Assembly: GCA_965178125.1 (NCBI GenBank)
Contig: OZ237742.1
Span: forward strand, 248,001-312,000
From: Bilabrum cf. latius
Taxonomy: Eukaryota
DNA: 64,000 bases
Reading direction: 5' to 3'
Shown one piece after another: positions 50,501-62,518 of the stretch (positions are counted from its first letter, which is position 1; every line of letters begins with the position of its first letter). The position numbers were made by a program, and so were the translations under genes. The notes beneath the pieces were generated by a model. That model made no database searches. It worked only from the letters and a program-made list of their open reading frames with translations, and was not told the DNA's origin.

Positions 50501-53500
50501 TCGTCACCTCCACTGAGAGGCCTCGCCCAGCACCACGCGGAGTGCGGCACTGGATCGACCCCGGGGACAGGTACGTGACCTGAACGCAGGGCACACCCCC
50601 GATCGTGACCGACTGAATGTCTGCATCGCTTTCGCCGAACTCGCTGCCCTCGATGACGAGCTCCTCCGAGCCGAGCTGCGAGAAGACCGACGTCGGGGTT
50701 GCCGCCAGCAGCCGCACGCTGCGAACCTGGGGTCGCTGATACACTCGAACGATACCTCTTCCAACGAAATTCTGCTGCTCCGTCGACGTCTGCACCATGA
50801 TTTCGTCCGACGTGTCGAATGCGGCGGGGTCAACGCCAACACAGCTCAGTTGCTAAGCTCCAGTCTAGGATGCTTGCATAGGAAGCACTTGAGAACAGGC
50901 AGCGCCGCTGATCCAGATGCTCGGCACTCCGTCCGCAGCTACACCAGACCACAGATTGTCCCCTTCGACCACAAACGATGTCGTATTCACAAAGCCAACT
51001 GGTGCGAGCAACGAGTGGCCTGGTGTCAACCGGGAGACACTCGGTGAGTTGTAGCTGAACAGCATAGCGGGAGGTGATCTCATCCCCACGCTGTTGGTGA
51101 TCACGACAGCAATGCTCGTCCCTATCCCAGCCGGTGCAGTGCACTCCAGATCGAGCGATCCAATCACTGTGACTGCGGTGCATGCTCGCCCTCCTATTCT
51201 CACTGCTGGTGTCTGGGGCGTGCCGAGATCCTCCCCACTGAGGCGCCCAAACCCCCCGCCCGAGATTCGGAGCACCGTGTCTCCAGCTACCTAGCCCAGC
51301 GATGGCCTCACTGCAGACACGAACGGTGCGTCTAAGCTGCTGAAGACGCTAAAGCTGGTGCCGATCTGCCCACCGATCGTCACCTGCACTCTCGGAGTTG
51401 CATAGGAGTCCTGCAGCACAACGTGGCACAGCACAGCTGACTCATTCAGCACCCATACACCGCCCGTACACATCTATCCTCCTATGTCAACTGCAGGTGT
51501 GTATGATTCGGATTCACTGTACACGAGCAGCCTGGAAAGGTCCTTCAGAACCCGGTGTACCTGCATGGTGCCAGCGTCGAACCAGAGCGACCATGGATCC
51601 AGTGTGGCGCACTGTTCTGGGACAAGCCACTCTTGCACCGCCGCTGTCATGATTGTGGAGCGATAAGTGGCATTTTGCAGGTGCAGACAAAGACTGTCCA
51701 GCATTGCACGGCGCTCAGTGCCGCGGAGACTCCTCAGCGACACGGGCGACGATCGACCGACCCGTGTGGCCGCGAGGTTGCTGCCCATTATGACGAAATC
51801 TTGCGAGACCGGTCCCTCTAGGGCTCGATCGGGAATCACGCTTGCAACCTGAGGCGCCCGATACGAAAACAAAGCCCCGTTGCTAGTGCGGTACCCCGCC
51901 GAGGACAGGACAACGACCTCGTGATTGGTCCCGGTCCCAGGCGGGTGAGTGCACAGTAGCAAGGTATCCGAGACGTAGTAGTGCTGCAGACACACCTGAC
52001 CGCCAATTAGCACCTCTGCTACATCTCCCTGGTCCTCACCAAAATTCTAACCGAGCACCGTGACGTTGATCCCGCCACTTGTGGCAGCCACGGCAGGCAC
52101 GACCGCGGCCACACTTGGAACGCCGACAGCCCTGAAAACCTCCTCCGTTCGCACAGAAGCTGCCTGGTCCTCCAGCTGCACCACGACAAGGCTACTCCTC
52201 CAGATGGAAGCATCCATCAGAGGGCACATAACGGCAGTATCGTTGAGCACAACGATCGACCGGCACTCTCTTCCACCGACTACAACACTGCTAGGGCTGA
52301 TGCCTGCAGCAACTGCGGCCAAATTATTTCCGAGAATCGTCACGTTGTAAACGGCATCAGGACCAGTCAAGACATACCTTGGCATGACAGTTATTATCAC
52401 AGGAGCGGCATACCCAGCCAACCGAACCCCCCCACTGGCAGCCACGTCGGTAGACGAAACCAACGAGACGTCAACCTGGGAGCCAGCTCCTGCAGGTGCA
52501 ACACACTGTACCGAAGTCGTGCTGATCACCTGTACACTGGTGCACGGCCGCCCACCAATCTCCACGCGAGCAACGGTACCCTTGTTGATGCCCAGGTTGG
52601 TGCCGCTGATCAGGACAGAGACACCCCCGGACGATGGAAACGTCGCGGGGCTCACGGCCGCAATGCTAGGCAGCCCTAGCACTTGCAGACTCTGAACGTC
52701 TCGAGTAACCTAGCCTCCAACGGAGAGAACAATTGCATTGGTCCCAAACTCGCGCACACCACTCACAGTCCAGTTCTGACACTCGATGTGGGAGCTGTTC
52801 ACGACGAGAGGGTCGCAAGGGATGCCGGCGATCGACACGGTTGGCAGACCGCTAGCCAACGCCAGACTACCCAAGTCTGTGCCAAACACGGAAAATGACT
52901 GCCGTTGTTCACCAACAATGACAAAGGCTGGCTTTATTGCCGTGATCTGTGGCGGGTCGTACGCGAAGAACGACGAACCCCCCGCTCGCAGCTTGTTTGT
53001 GAGCTGAACCAGAAGTACTGCTGGATTGCCCACACCGGGAGGCACTGTGCAGGTCATTTCGGTGCGCAGGCCGTTGAACTGGACGGACAAGCAGTCTCTC
53101 CCATTCACTGTTAGGAATTCGAGGGTGGTCGCATCGAGTGCAAGGTTCTGTCCCGTGATCACGATGTCGTAGCCCCCATCCACTCCACCAGATGACGGGG
53201 ACACCGAGTCGACGATAGGCGCGCCCGCAAAGACGAAAACGGATGCGGTTGCCGTTTGCCCACCGACTGTGATCGATGCTGTCGACTCCTCAAACAAATT
53301 CTGGCTCACGTTGAGGCATCGGACGGCGCTCGAGTTGATGAGCTCAATGCTGCCGCATGGCGACCCTCCCACCCGGCCTGCCGAGGGACCCACACCAAGC
53401 CGGATGGAGCCTAAATTGTCTCCAATCATCGTAAAGTTCTGAAACGACAGGGCTTTCTCGCTCTCTGGCGGATCCACGAGCCGCAGGGACGGCTGCCTGA

Positions 53501-56500
53501 AGCTGTAGGCCCGTGGGAGAGTGGCCGTGCCGGCAGGCGTGGTAACCGCGACATCCAGCTAGGCACCGACCCCGCCCACTAAAGTGCACGTGATCTCCTG
53601 GTTGTTGTCGAACAGGCTTGCCTGGGTCTCCATCTAGACGTCAAAGCACGTGAAGCTTCCACCCACGACCACGCTCTGCACATCGCTCGCAACGCTCCCC
53701 AGGTTCCTACCGCTGAGCACAAGAGTCTGATTCGCATCCGTGGGGGCCTGCTGCCCGCTGGTTATCTCGGCACTCGGGGCCTTGTATACCACCACGCCTT
53801 CAGTTAGCGTGCTGCGCTGGCCGCCGTACTCGATGTAGACCGCGCTGCCTTGGCTGACGAGCAGGGCGGCTCCCGCCACCACGCACTGAATCGAGGTGAT
53901 CAGTCCATCGCTGTCGACCGCATCCTGTTGCTAGCCCAAGCATGCAGCTCCTGCTATGCGAATCGTCGCGCTGGAGGCATCCCCGTTGAGTGCAAGGCGG
54001 CTGCCGCTGAGCGTGAACGTCGTGTTCTACCCCGAGACCGCGAACACGCCAGACGGTGAAATGCTCTGAAGGGTAGGTGACTGGAAGCTCACCTAGAAGC
54101 TCGTCTGTGAGCTTGATTGCCCGTCCACCGTAGCTTGCACTGTGAAGGGGCCTCCGATGAGCTTCGGGGTGGTGCAACGCAGCTAAGAAGCTGAATCTCG
54201 TAAGGTCTGTGCGCATGGAATCGACCCTATGCGAACCTAAGCATTGCTGGCGGCTTGGGTCCCGTCCGAAGTGTGGGAGGTAGATGTGCCAAACCCACTT
54301 CCAGAGATCACAACAGACTGCTAGCCGGCCGCATCCAGCGTGAACGAAGACTCGCCGCCGAGCCGCACAGCAGTGATGGCCGGCGGCAAGAACCCGACCA
54401 TGCAGTAACCCACGCGGTCATGTTCAACATCCCACGAAGCAGACAGCGCCCGGGGCTTGCCAGTGCCCGAAGGTATCACCACGCGGAAGGTCTGCAGCGT
54501 TGCTGAGCTGTACGTCGAGAACTGGTCAGCGGACATGCCTTCCTTGATGCCATGGTCGACGGCAGGCTACCCACCGACCCCCGTCGAGGTCCTCGAGTTG
54601 AGCGCTGTCACGACGACGGAACGCTGTTGCGCACCGTCCAGCAGCAGAGCGCCGTTGCTGAAGTCTGTCTCGTTTGCTCCGCACTCCACCGAAGCCGTTC
54701 CGAGCGACATCCGCAAGAGCTTGACTTGAGAATAATTCGCTGCGGCAGAGGACCCCCGTGAGAACCCAGACTAGTACAAATCAACCCAGTCCGAGTCGGT
54801 TAGCACATCATCGAGGCGCGCCTTGGCAGCATGCGAGATGTCGCTCAGAGCTGAGCGATAATCGGGAGACCGCACCACTGGCTGCATTGCGCCGGCATTA
54901 CCGTCAATGTCGTACCGCAAGTTGATGTTGACAATGGTCCCGACGCCCGAAGGCACCTCGGCCGAGACCTCCCAGTCGGAGTGCACCTGCACGCTGGCCA
55001 TCTCCAGGCTGCTCAACTCGCTTGCAGAAGATTGCATCCGCACGCTCGCAAACAGTCGCATGCGAGCTTTGCCGCTGCCCGCGATACGATGTGCTGCAGA
55101 GACCGCTCTGGTCCCGGTGGGACGCACCCACACGTGGGAGCCGAAGTTGACACCAATGACGCGGATACGCTGCTTTCTGTACAAGTCATAGTACTGGATT
55201 TCCTCTTGATTCTCGGTCGGGGATCGACTCACGGCATACGCGATGGGGGATGCGAAATTGAACGTCGGCAAAGTTCCTGTCGCCGGGCGGTCGGCTGCAA
55301 ACAACTGCACGACTTTGCTGCTGCCCACGTCGCTGCTCGGCACGCAGTCGGCCATGGTGGAATTGATGACGCTCACCGAGCGGCAGGCCTGCCCGTCTAC
55401 GGTGACTCGAACCTGTTCGTTGCCTGCGGTGCCAAAGTTTTCGCCCTTGATGCGGATCTTCCACCTCGTGTTCGGCGCGGTGGTATTCACCCAGCGCATG
55501 TGCTGCGGCGGCAGCAGCATGCCGCTGACGGAAGGCAACTCCGTGCTCACTGCGCCAACAAGAGTCTCGCGATGCGTGCTGTTGGACCCGTACTTGAACT
55601 GCACAACCGCATTCATACTGTCCCCGTGGGTCGCTGGCATGACCGCCCGAACTCTGAACTGCTGACAGCTATGCGAAGGGCCCTGCAGAGCTGCGACGTT
55701 CACGCTCGACGCCTCCTCACCCCCAATCCACAGCTTCACGGCGCTGCGAATGTCTGCACGCGCAACCAGGCCAGTGGGCACGGTGACCCTGAACTCGATG
55801 CCTTGCCCCCCTGCCGGATCGTAGCAGCAGCCGGTCGTCAGGTTGAGTCCAGCGGGGGGGCTGGTCGGGTGCCCCGCCCCCGCCTGCAGCTCGATTCGAG
55901 ACCGGTCGCACCTGAACATGGGTGACACCTCAGGCAGGTCATAGTAGAGCGAGTTGGGCACTTCACTCGGGCTATTAATCATGTTGATCTTGCTCGACTC
56001 CATCAGCTGGAACCCATCCTTGATCACCTCCACGATCCCGTCCTGGTACCCGCACTCCGACGCCGGGCAGTCGCAGTGGCTAGGCCCCGTCTCGCCCTGA
56101 ATCGAGGCGCTTGGGCACTTGTGCGCGCCGCTGGACACGCTGAGGCTCGCCGGTGAGTACTTGAGTGTGACTCTGTCCCCCGCGCCGTAGGTCCCCCTGC
56201 CGAAGAACCGGATCCTGCCACCTCCCCCAAGGGCGTCTTCCCCCTTGGCCCCCGGCCATACATCAGGGGGCTCTGCGCGGCTATACCCGCCGCGGGCCGT
56301 GATTTGAGTCTCCTTCGATAGCACGATCGACTCGGTCCCGTACACGGTCAGGTAGACAGTGCCCCCCGACCCCCCCCCGGGAATACCAGGGCCGTACGCA
56401 TCAGCTCCATCAGCGGCGATCACCACGCGGCCAAGGTGGATGCTGCCATGCCTGCTCTGGAAACTGAGCAGCCCGCCAGAGGCTCCGCCGTGTGAAGGTC

Positions 56501-57317
56501 TGCAGAAATCCTCGTCGTCGTAGCCCTTCAGCTCCAGGCTCTGACCGTCCTCAGACACGACCCGGTCGGTGGCGAGACCTCCGCCGCCACCGCCGCCTCC
56601 AGCGAACACAGTCTGCCCCGCCGCGGACAGCACTGCCACTTGGTTGCTGTTGGCTAGGCGGGATCTGCCCCCTCGTCCTCCGTGTGAACCTCCTGCTGCC
56701 CCAGGTACTTCTTGCAGCGCAGAAGCGGGTGGTGAAATGGAACCGTGATTTGTGACGAACGCCCCATTGCTCACCCTAGAATGGCCTCGTGTACCAACAG
56801 GCCTTTGGACCTCTGCCGCATGCTGTATAGTTGAAAATGAAGCGTATCCAGCGGACAAGCCGCCGGCATACCCACCCAAGTAGTTGAGGTGGGAGGTGGT
56901 GTAGGTCCTACCATCACAAGCAAGCGCTTTTGACCGCGCGTTGGCCCCAAACTACCGTGCTTGCACCGTAATATTCTGCATTGGACTAGTGAGGTTCCAT
57001 ACACCACCATCAATGATGATGTCGTAAGACGTGTAGAACCGGAGAGCTCGCCGTCCTGAGAGCTGAATCTTGGTCCCGTAGGCCAATATGATATGGTTGA
57101 ACGAAAAGTCAGCGGATGTAAGCCCGCCGCCGATAGCTCCGATGCTCCCGCCTTTACAAGTTCCGCCACTGCATATGGTGACGGCGTCCGTGTCGATGCT
57201 CAACGTCTCTGTCCCTGCGCAGCACACGAGGTCCTGTCGTCCGAGCTGAAAGCATGCCAGACACAGGGCTGTCAGGTAGCACAGAAGCCACGTCAGGCTT
57301 TGAACAAGATTAATCAT
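44538..57317 (-). CDS. Giant (~4,259 aa) cell-surface protein: signal peptide, Gly-rich region, many IPT/TIG repeats, FN3, Cys-rich modules, multi-pass TM domain; about 28 in-frame TAG
   Basis: Sixteen standard-code ORFs lie in one frame. Each gap was translated by hand and contains only TAG. Repeated P.I..V.P / I.G.NFG / V.IGG..C / C..P.G.G pattern. C-terminal FLYAGFR...YWE.V...RK...PY....N.LE. Ends TGA. Confidence 0.88.
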
Positions 57318-57542
57318 GACTAAGATGATGTTATATTCTGTTTCAGATCCCCATGAGGTTCACAAACTGCCGTGTTGTGAACCGTTTCCGACGACTTGCG
57401 GCGCCGCGCAGAATACGCGGAACCACGGGTTCGCAAGCGTGGTCGCGCTAGCGATGGAGGCAGCAGACTCCGACGAAAGTCTGGAACAGCTATTCATGGT
57501 GCGAATAGCTTGCAAGCACCGCAGCAAGACCCTCGCAATCCC

Positions 57543-59225
57543 TCACTCGATGGCAGGTCCCTCCATCTCCGCAATCCCCAGAAGCACCCGCGCGCAGTCC
57601 TTCATGCGCCCCACGTACTCCAGCTTGGCCACGTGTCCCTCGGGAGTGCCGCAGTACCCCAGCATGGCGCCCCACCATCCCATGGCCATCGTGCCCGTGC
57701 TGTCGTTGTCACCGCTGTGCAGACAACCGCGCTCGCACAGCACCCTGTAGCCTCTCTGGTCCGGACTCAGCTCCTTCTCCTTCTCCTTCTCATCCGCGGC
57801 CTTGCCTGCCTCCCCAGCATCCCCACCACTGGCAGCTTTCCCGTCCTTCTCCCCCTTCTCTTCCCCTCTCCTCGATGCCCTTGCCTTCCCGTCCTCGTCC
57901 TCGTCCTCGTCCTCGTCCTGCCTCGCCAAAAGAGCGTGCACGAGTGCGTCGTAGGCCAGGATGCACGCCTGAGTGCCGCTGGCACCGGGCCACGGCTTGC
58001 GCCTCCTCCTGCTCTCGTCCTCCCCCTTGCGGGCGGGACGGATGCAAAACCGCATGTACTCATCGTCCACCTCTGCCGGAGTTGTGGCGGTGCTGCGGAG
58101 GAACGACACCACCGGGGGTGCTCGGTCGCCATCGTCAGGGGGCGATCGGGCACCGGTGGGAGCGGCGGTATCTGGCGCTGACAGACTCGCTTCTGACGCG
58201 CCTCCGCTCGCTCCCTCCCCTTTGGTGGCGCCTTCTTCCGCTGCCTTGCCGCTGCTCTCTTCTTCGATGAGCCCCCGGATCCGCATGTACTGCTGCCATA
58301 GCTCGATGAAGGGCACGCATTCATGAATGTTCTCTCGGGGAAACCGGCCCGAGGAGTGCAGGTACTCCCCCACCGTGGAGTGTCTGATCTCTCGCAGGGA
58401 TTCCCGGGGATCCTTTCCCTGCGCGACCGCCTCGCCGCCCACGATCCGAAGCAGCCTGCCGGGCCACTCCAGCACAGGCACGCCTCTGAGCGCCAGTGCG
58501 GTGAACAGCCCGCCCGCCACTGAGCCGAGGTAGCCTGTCGGGTGGTGGTGAGACATGCGACCGGTTTCGATTCCGAATTGCACGATCTCCGCCTCCTGGT
58601 CCGCCCGCGGGAACCGCAACCCGATGCACATGGAGCGCATGGCCGCGCCGCACCCTCCCCCTGTCGGGTTGAAGGGCGCCTTGGCCCATCCCAGGCCCGA
58701 TCCGCCACACTGGACGAATCCTTTTCTTGTTGTATTACCCGGTGCTCGGCCAGACATGTCAGAGAAGAAGTCCTTGTGGTACCGCCTCGAGATTTCCTGC
58801 ATGGCAGATTGGATCCACTCTGCGTCGGGTGCCAGGCTTTCCTCCAGGTCCTCAGGAGCAGCACCATCTCCGCCGCGAATTCTCCGACCAGATACAGCAT
58901 ATCTTGCTGCAGACACCGCTCCAACTTTGCAGAACCCCTCCGCAGTGGACAGGTGCAACACCGTATCGTCGGAAACCCTGAAATGCTTTCGGTCGAGTTG
59001 GTAGGCCAGGGGACCAAACTTGGCAGGAGTCTCAGACTCTATGTCCGAATAGATCACACTGACTCCATTAAACTCCCAATTACCGTTTCGGTAACCCAAA
59101 GCATCGCCAACACCAGCAAGCACCATGCAAGCCTCGAATCGATCTTTAAGTGGAGCCCTGACTCGCACTATTGGCGCAACTGTCGACCTACCTGATGTCT
59201 TTGTTGATTTTGCAACAGATGCCAT
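57543..59225 (-). CDS. ADPRH: ADP-ribosylhydrolase, ARH1 (ADP-ribosylarginine hydrolase)-like
   Basis: Motifs GDALGYRNGNWEF, VSDDT, RAPG, GCGAAMRSMCIGLRFP, HHHPTGYLG, HSGDNDSTG. Ends TGA. Confidence 0.9.
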   Translation of the reverse strand: MASVAKSTKTSGRSTVAPIVRVRAPLKDRFEACMVLAGVGDALGYRNGNWEFNGVSVIYSDIESETPAKFGPLAYQLDRKHFRVSDDTVLHLSTAEGFCKVGAVSAARYAVSGRRIRGGDGAAPEDLEESLAPDAEWIQSAMQEISRRYHKDFFSDMSGRAPGNTTRKGFVQCGGSGLGWAKAPFNPTGGGCGAAMRSMCIGLRFPRADQEAEIVQFGIETGRMSHHHPTGYLGSVAGGLFTALALRGVPVLEWPGRLLRIVGGEAVAQGKDPRESLREIRHSTVGEYLHSSGRFPRENIHECVPFIELWQQYMRIRGLIEEESSGKAAEEGATKGEGASGGASEASLSAPDTAAPTGARSPPDDGDRAPPVVSFLRSTATTPAEVDDEYMRFCIRPARKGEDESRRRRKPWPGASGTQACILAYDALVHALLARQDEDEDEDEDGKARASRRGEEKGEKDGKAASGGDAGEAGKAADEKEKEKELSPDQRGYRVLCERGCLHSGDNDSTGTMAMGWWGAMLGYCGTPEGHVAKLEYVGRMKDCARVLLGIAEMEGPAIE

Positions 59226-59379
59226 AGCTTTCGTTGTTCTGTACAGCGTCGATCCACTGCGAATTCAGTAAAATGTCAACCTGGCAATCCTGTCCGTTAT
59301 GACTCCGGACTGTTCTCGCACTCGTCATCATTCTCCTGGCGAGGCGATTGACTGCGCTCACTACCAAGCTACATAAAGC

Positions 59380-60351
59380 ATGAGAATCACTTACATCTTG
59401 GCAGTATGCGTTCTTGCGCTGACCGCTATATGTTGGATCCCAACAGCCGCTGCCAGCCTCGCGAACCAGGTGGAATCCGCCCTGGTGGGCCGGTCGACGA
59501 GGGCCCTCTCGGTGAGAGCTTCAAGCGAGCACCTTCCACACCGCGGCGCAGTATCTTTCCCGCGGCGCGGCAGACGCAGATCAACGAGCCTCCAAGTATC
59601 ATCACCATGCACTGCGGCGATCTGCCGACTCGCACAGGTGCTGCATAAACGGCTCGTGATGGTGCTCCCAGTCGCCACGTTGCGGTCGTTTTCCCCGCTC
59701 GGCGGCAGCCCAGGTGCCGACACGTTGCGATCCGATTCGAACGATCCCTTGAGGTTTTCATCGGACAGCTCAAGACCCACACTCGCTTAGTATCGATCAC
59801 GGTTCACTATTCTGTCCGCAGGTGCTCATGGGGGAGGAGGCGGGTTTGCTCGAAGACGGCCGCAGTCGCATGCTCGCTCGCGGCGAGCAAGTGCCTGAGG
59901 AGGGCGAGCACGGAACCGGGCAAGCAGACGCAACGTAGATCGTCCACGCGGCTATTGAGGGCTCTGCTCCTCCAGCGATTGAATGCGGTACAACCGATGC
60001 AAATCCTCACCCTCAGGCTCACAAACGAGCTGGCACAGGCGGCGGCAAACAGCAGCACCCCGAGCGGCAGCCCGTTCCAGCGGGGCAGGGGTGGTTGTAC
60101 GAGACGTCGGGCAGCTACCAGCAGTAGGGCCAGCGCGCTGGTTCGAGGGACCAACGGTCTGCTCAGCAGCAGCTGCCAAGGGGTCAGCTCCTTCTGGGCG
60201 CCCCGGCGGACCGGGCGCTGCTGACTGCCGGTGGCGAGCAGCTGCTCGATGAGCCAAGTGATGGGATCGACGGGAACCGCAGAGGTGGATCTCTCCGAGG
60301 CGGGCAAGCGTAAGGCAGGAGCAAGATGGATCCGCGTCCGCTTCAACTATG
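59380..60351 (+). CDS. Possible secreted orphan protein; exon structure unresolved
   Basis: Signal-peptide-like start MRITYILAVCVLALTA. Candidate acceptor at 59821 is followed by a Gln-rich frame with two TAG. Confidence 0.35.
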
Positions 60352-60596
60352 ACCCACCGTGGACGCCACCGACTTGCAGTCAGCTTGCTTGGTTGCCTTG
60401 ACGATCCTATCGTCGTCACTGTGGCACTGCGCTCTGTTGAACCGGTCACCGCTGAGGTTCACTTTCCAGCAATTGAACGCGGGAGGATCTCGCACAATAT
60501 TAGAATTCTGTGCGTATTGCCTCGAGCTTGAGAACAACCCGCTCTGATAGTCTGCTGTGGCTACCACGATTCAAGCAGTATTGCAAAGAGATTGTA

Positions 60597-62355
60597 ATGA
60601 GTAGCGCATCGTCATCAGCAGCATCCGCAAGTCAAACCGAAGTTTTCGTATTATCAATACCACTTGATGTTGCTGCCCCCAAGCCAGGCGCTAAAATCGT
60701 CGCTGAATGGCGGGATGGCTCGGATCGTAAGTTGAAAGCTTCTCCTAGTAGAGTATACTGCATGTGGCTACTTAGACTTGGAATTGTCGCCTCGCACATC
60801 CACTCTAAATTATGCAGAAATAGCTGAAATAGTTGAATTGCGCCCGAAAGGCGAGCATACGTTTGGTGTTGTTGCATCAGAAGGTGCAACTACTCGCTCG
60901 GTTGACTTTTACGTCCACTACCCAACCTGTAAGCAAGGCATTGCCGTCGCACCCAAATTGCATCGATCCATGGATAGAATTCCAGCTCCTTGGATGCAAC
61001 TGCCCGTCCACGCAGACGACAAGAGACTCGATGAGTGGATTGGTTTTGAGCGACTGCGGGGTGTAATCACGCTGAACTCCGCCGAAGATGCGGCTACCTC
61101 TGCAGTAGCAGCTGATTCAAGTGATCACGAGGATATTCCAGCCCGAGCAGGACGGAAGAGATCGCGTCGTGCCATGGGATCAGCCGGGGGCGAGCCCATA
61201 CCGGCGTCGGCGGGAGCCTCCCGCAAGCGGGCGCGGAGCACGGCTGAGAAGCAGCACCCTGCGAGCGGGGCCGGTGCCAGCGACCCCGATAGCGGCTCCG
61301 GTGGTTCCGCGGGCCCTTCTACTGCCCCGGCAGAGGCTGGATCGCCCCCGGACCTGGGTCCCCCCGTGCCCGTCGAAGTCTCGGTGCCGCACGAGAAGCT
61401 CCTGCACGCCGCCACCTCGGGCTCCTCCCTTGTTCCCCACACAGAGGGTCTCGATCCCGCGAGCGAGGCCCTGGAGACGCAACACGAGGCGCTGACCAAG
61501 GTGCGCAACATCCAGCGAATCGAGCTGGGCCGGTGGGAGGTCGACACGTGGTACTTCGCGCCCTACCCAGACGAGTTCGCCGGGGACAAGCTGTTCCTGT
61601 GCGAGTTCACGCTCAAGTACTTCTCCACCAAGGAGATGCTCGAGAAACACAAGCGCAAGTGCGGGCTGAGGCAGCCCCCCGGGCAGGAGATCTACAGGGA
61701 CGGCAAGCTGAGCATGTACGAGATCGACGGCAAGACAGAGAGGCTCTACTGCCAGAACCTGTGCCTGCTGTCCAAGCTCTTCCTGGACCACAAGACGCTG
61801 TACTTTGACGTGGACCCCTTCTTGTTCTACGTGCTCTGCGAGGTGGACGAGTACGGCGCGCACATCGTGGGCTACTTCAGCAAGGAGAAGATCAGTCCGG
61901 ACGGCTACAACCTGGCGTGCATCCTCACACTGCCTCCCTACCAGAAGCGCGGCTTCGGCAAGTTCCTCATGAGCTTCAGCTACCTCCTCAGCAAGGCCGA
62001 GGGCAAGCTGGGCTCTCCGGAGAAGCCCCTCAGCGACCTGGGCAAGGTCTCATACCGGTCCTACTGGAGCTACGTGCTGCTGAAAGAGATCTACGACGCG
62101 GGGGACGAGCCCCTCACCATCAAGGGGCTCTCGGAGCGGACGTGCATCACCCCGGAGGACATCGTGTCCACGCTCACCTCGCTCGATATCGTCAGATATT
62201 GGAGAGGGCAGCACGTCGTGTGCGTCAGCCGAGCGGCGGTGGCGCGCTTTCTCGCCAACAACAAGTCTGCCAGGCACTTTGCCAAGCCAGAGTGCCTGCG
62301 GTGGACGCCCCCGAAGATTCCGACCAAGGGAAAGGCAAAGGGCAGGAAGGGGTGA
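60597..62355 (+). CDS. MYST histone acetyltransferase (Esa1/MOF/HAM type); introns 60727-60817 and 60929-61015
   Basis: Tudor-knot FYVHYPTYDKRLDEW after splicing. Motifs [50 protein letters not shown]. Ends TGA. Confidence 0.95.
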
Positions 62356-62518
62356 TTATAATAGGCGCAGGTGTGCCTGTATCCCTGCATCCTGGACATC
62401 GAGTGGTGGGTGGGCCGGGGTAGCGTGTGCTGCTGTGTGATGCACCGGTCACAACCAACCCGCTTGTGGTCAGTCCATTATTTAGTCGCAACAACATTCA
62501 TACAACACAACCATGGAA

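Noticed and set aside
3513-57317. Mass pseudogenisation or sequencing error as the cause of the internal stops
   Set aside because: The interruptions are exclusively TAG, frames are preserved, motifs are intact and housekeeping genes are affected. Random decay would also give TGA, TAA and frameshifts.
3513-57317. Pyrrolysine, programmed readthrough or a recoded phage
   Set aside because: The genes are eukaryotic with spliceosomal introns. There are up to ~28 TAGs per gene with no common downstream context, several lie at Gln-conserved sites, and no pyl genes are present.
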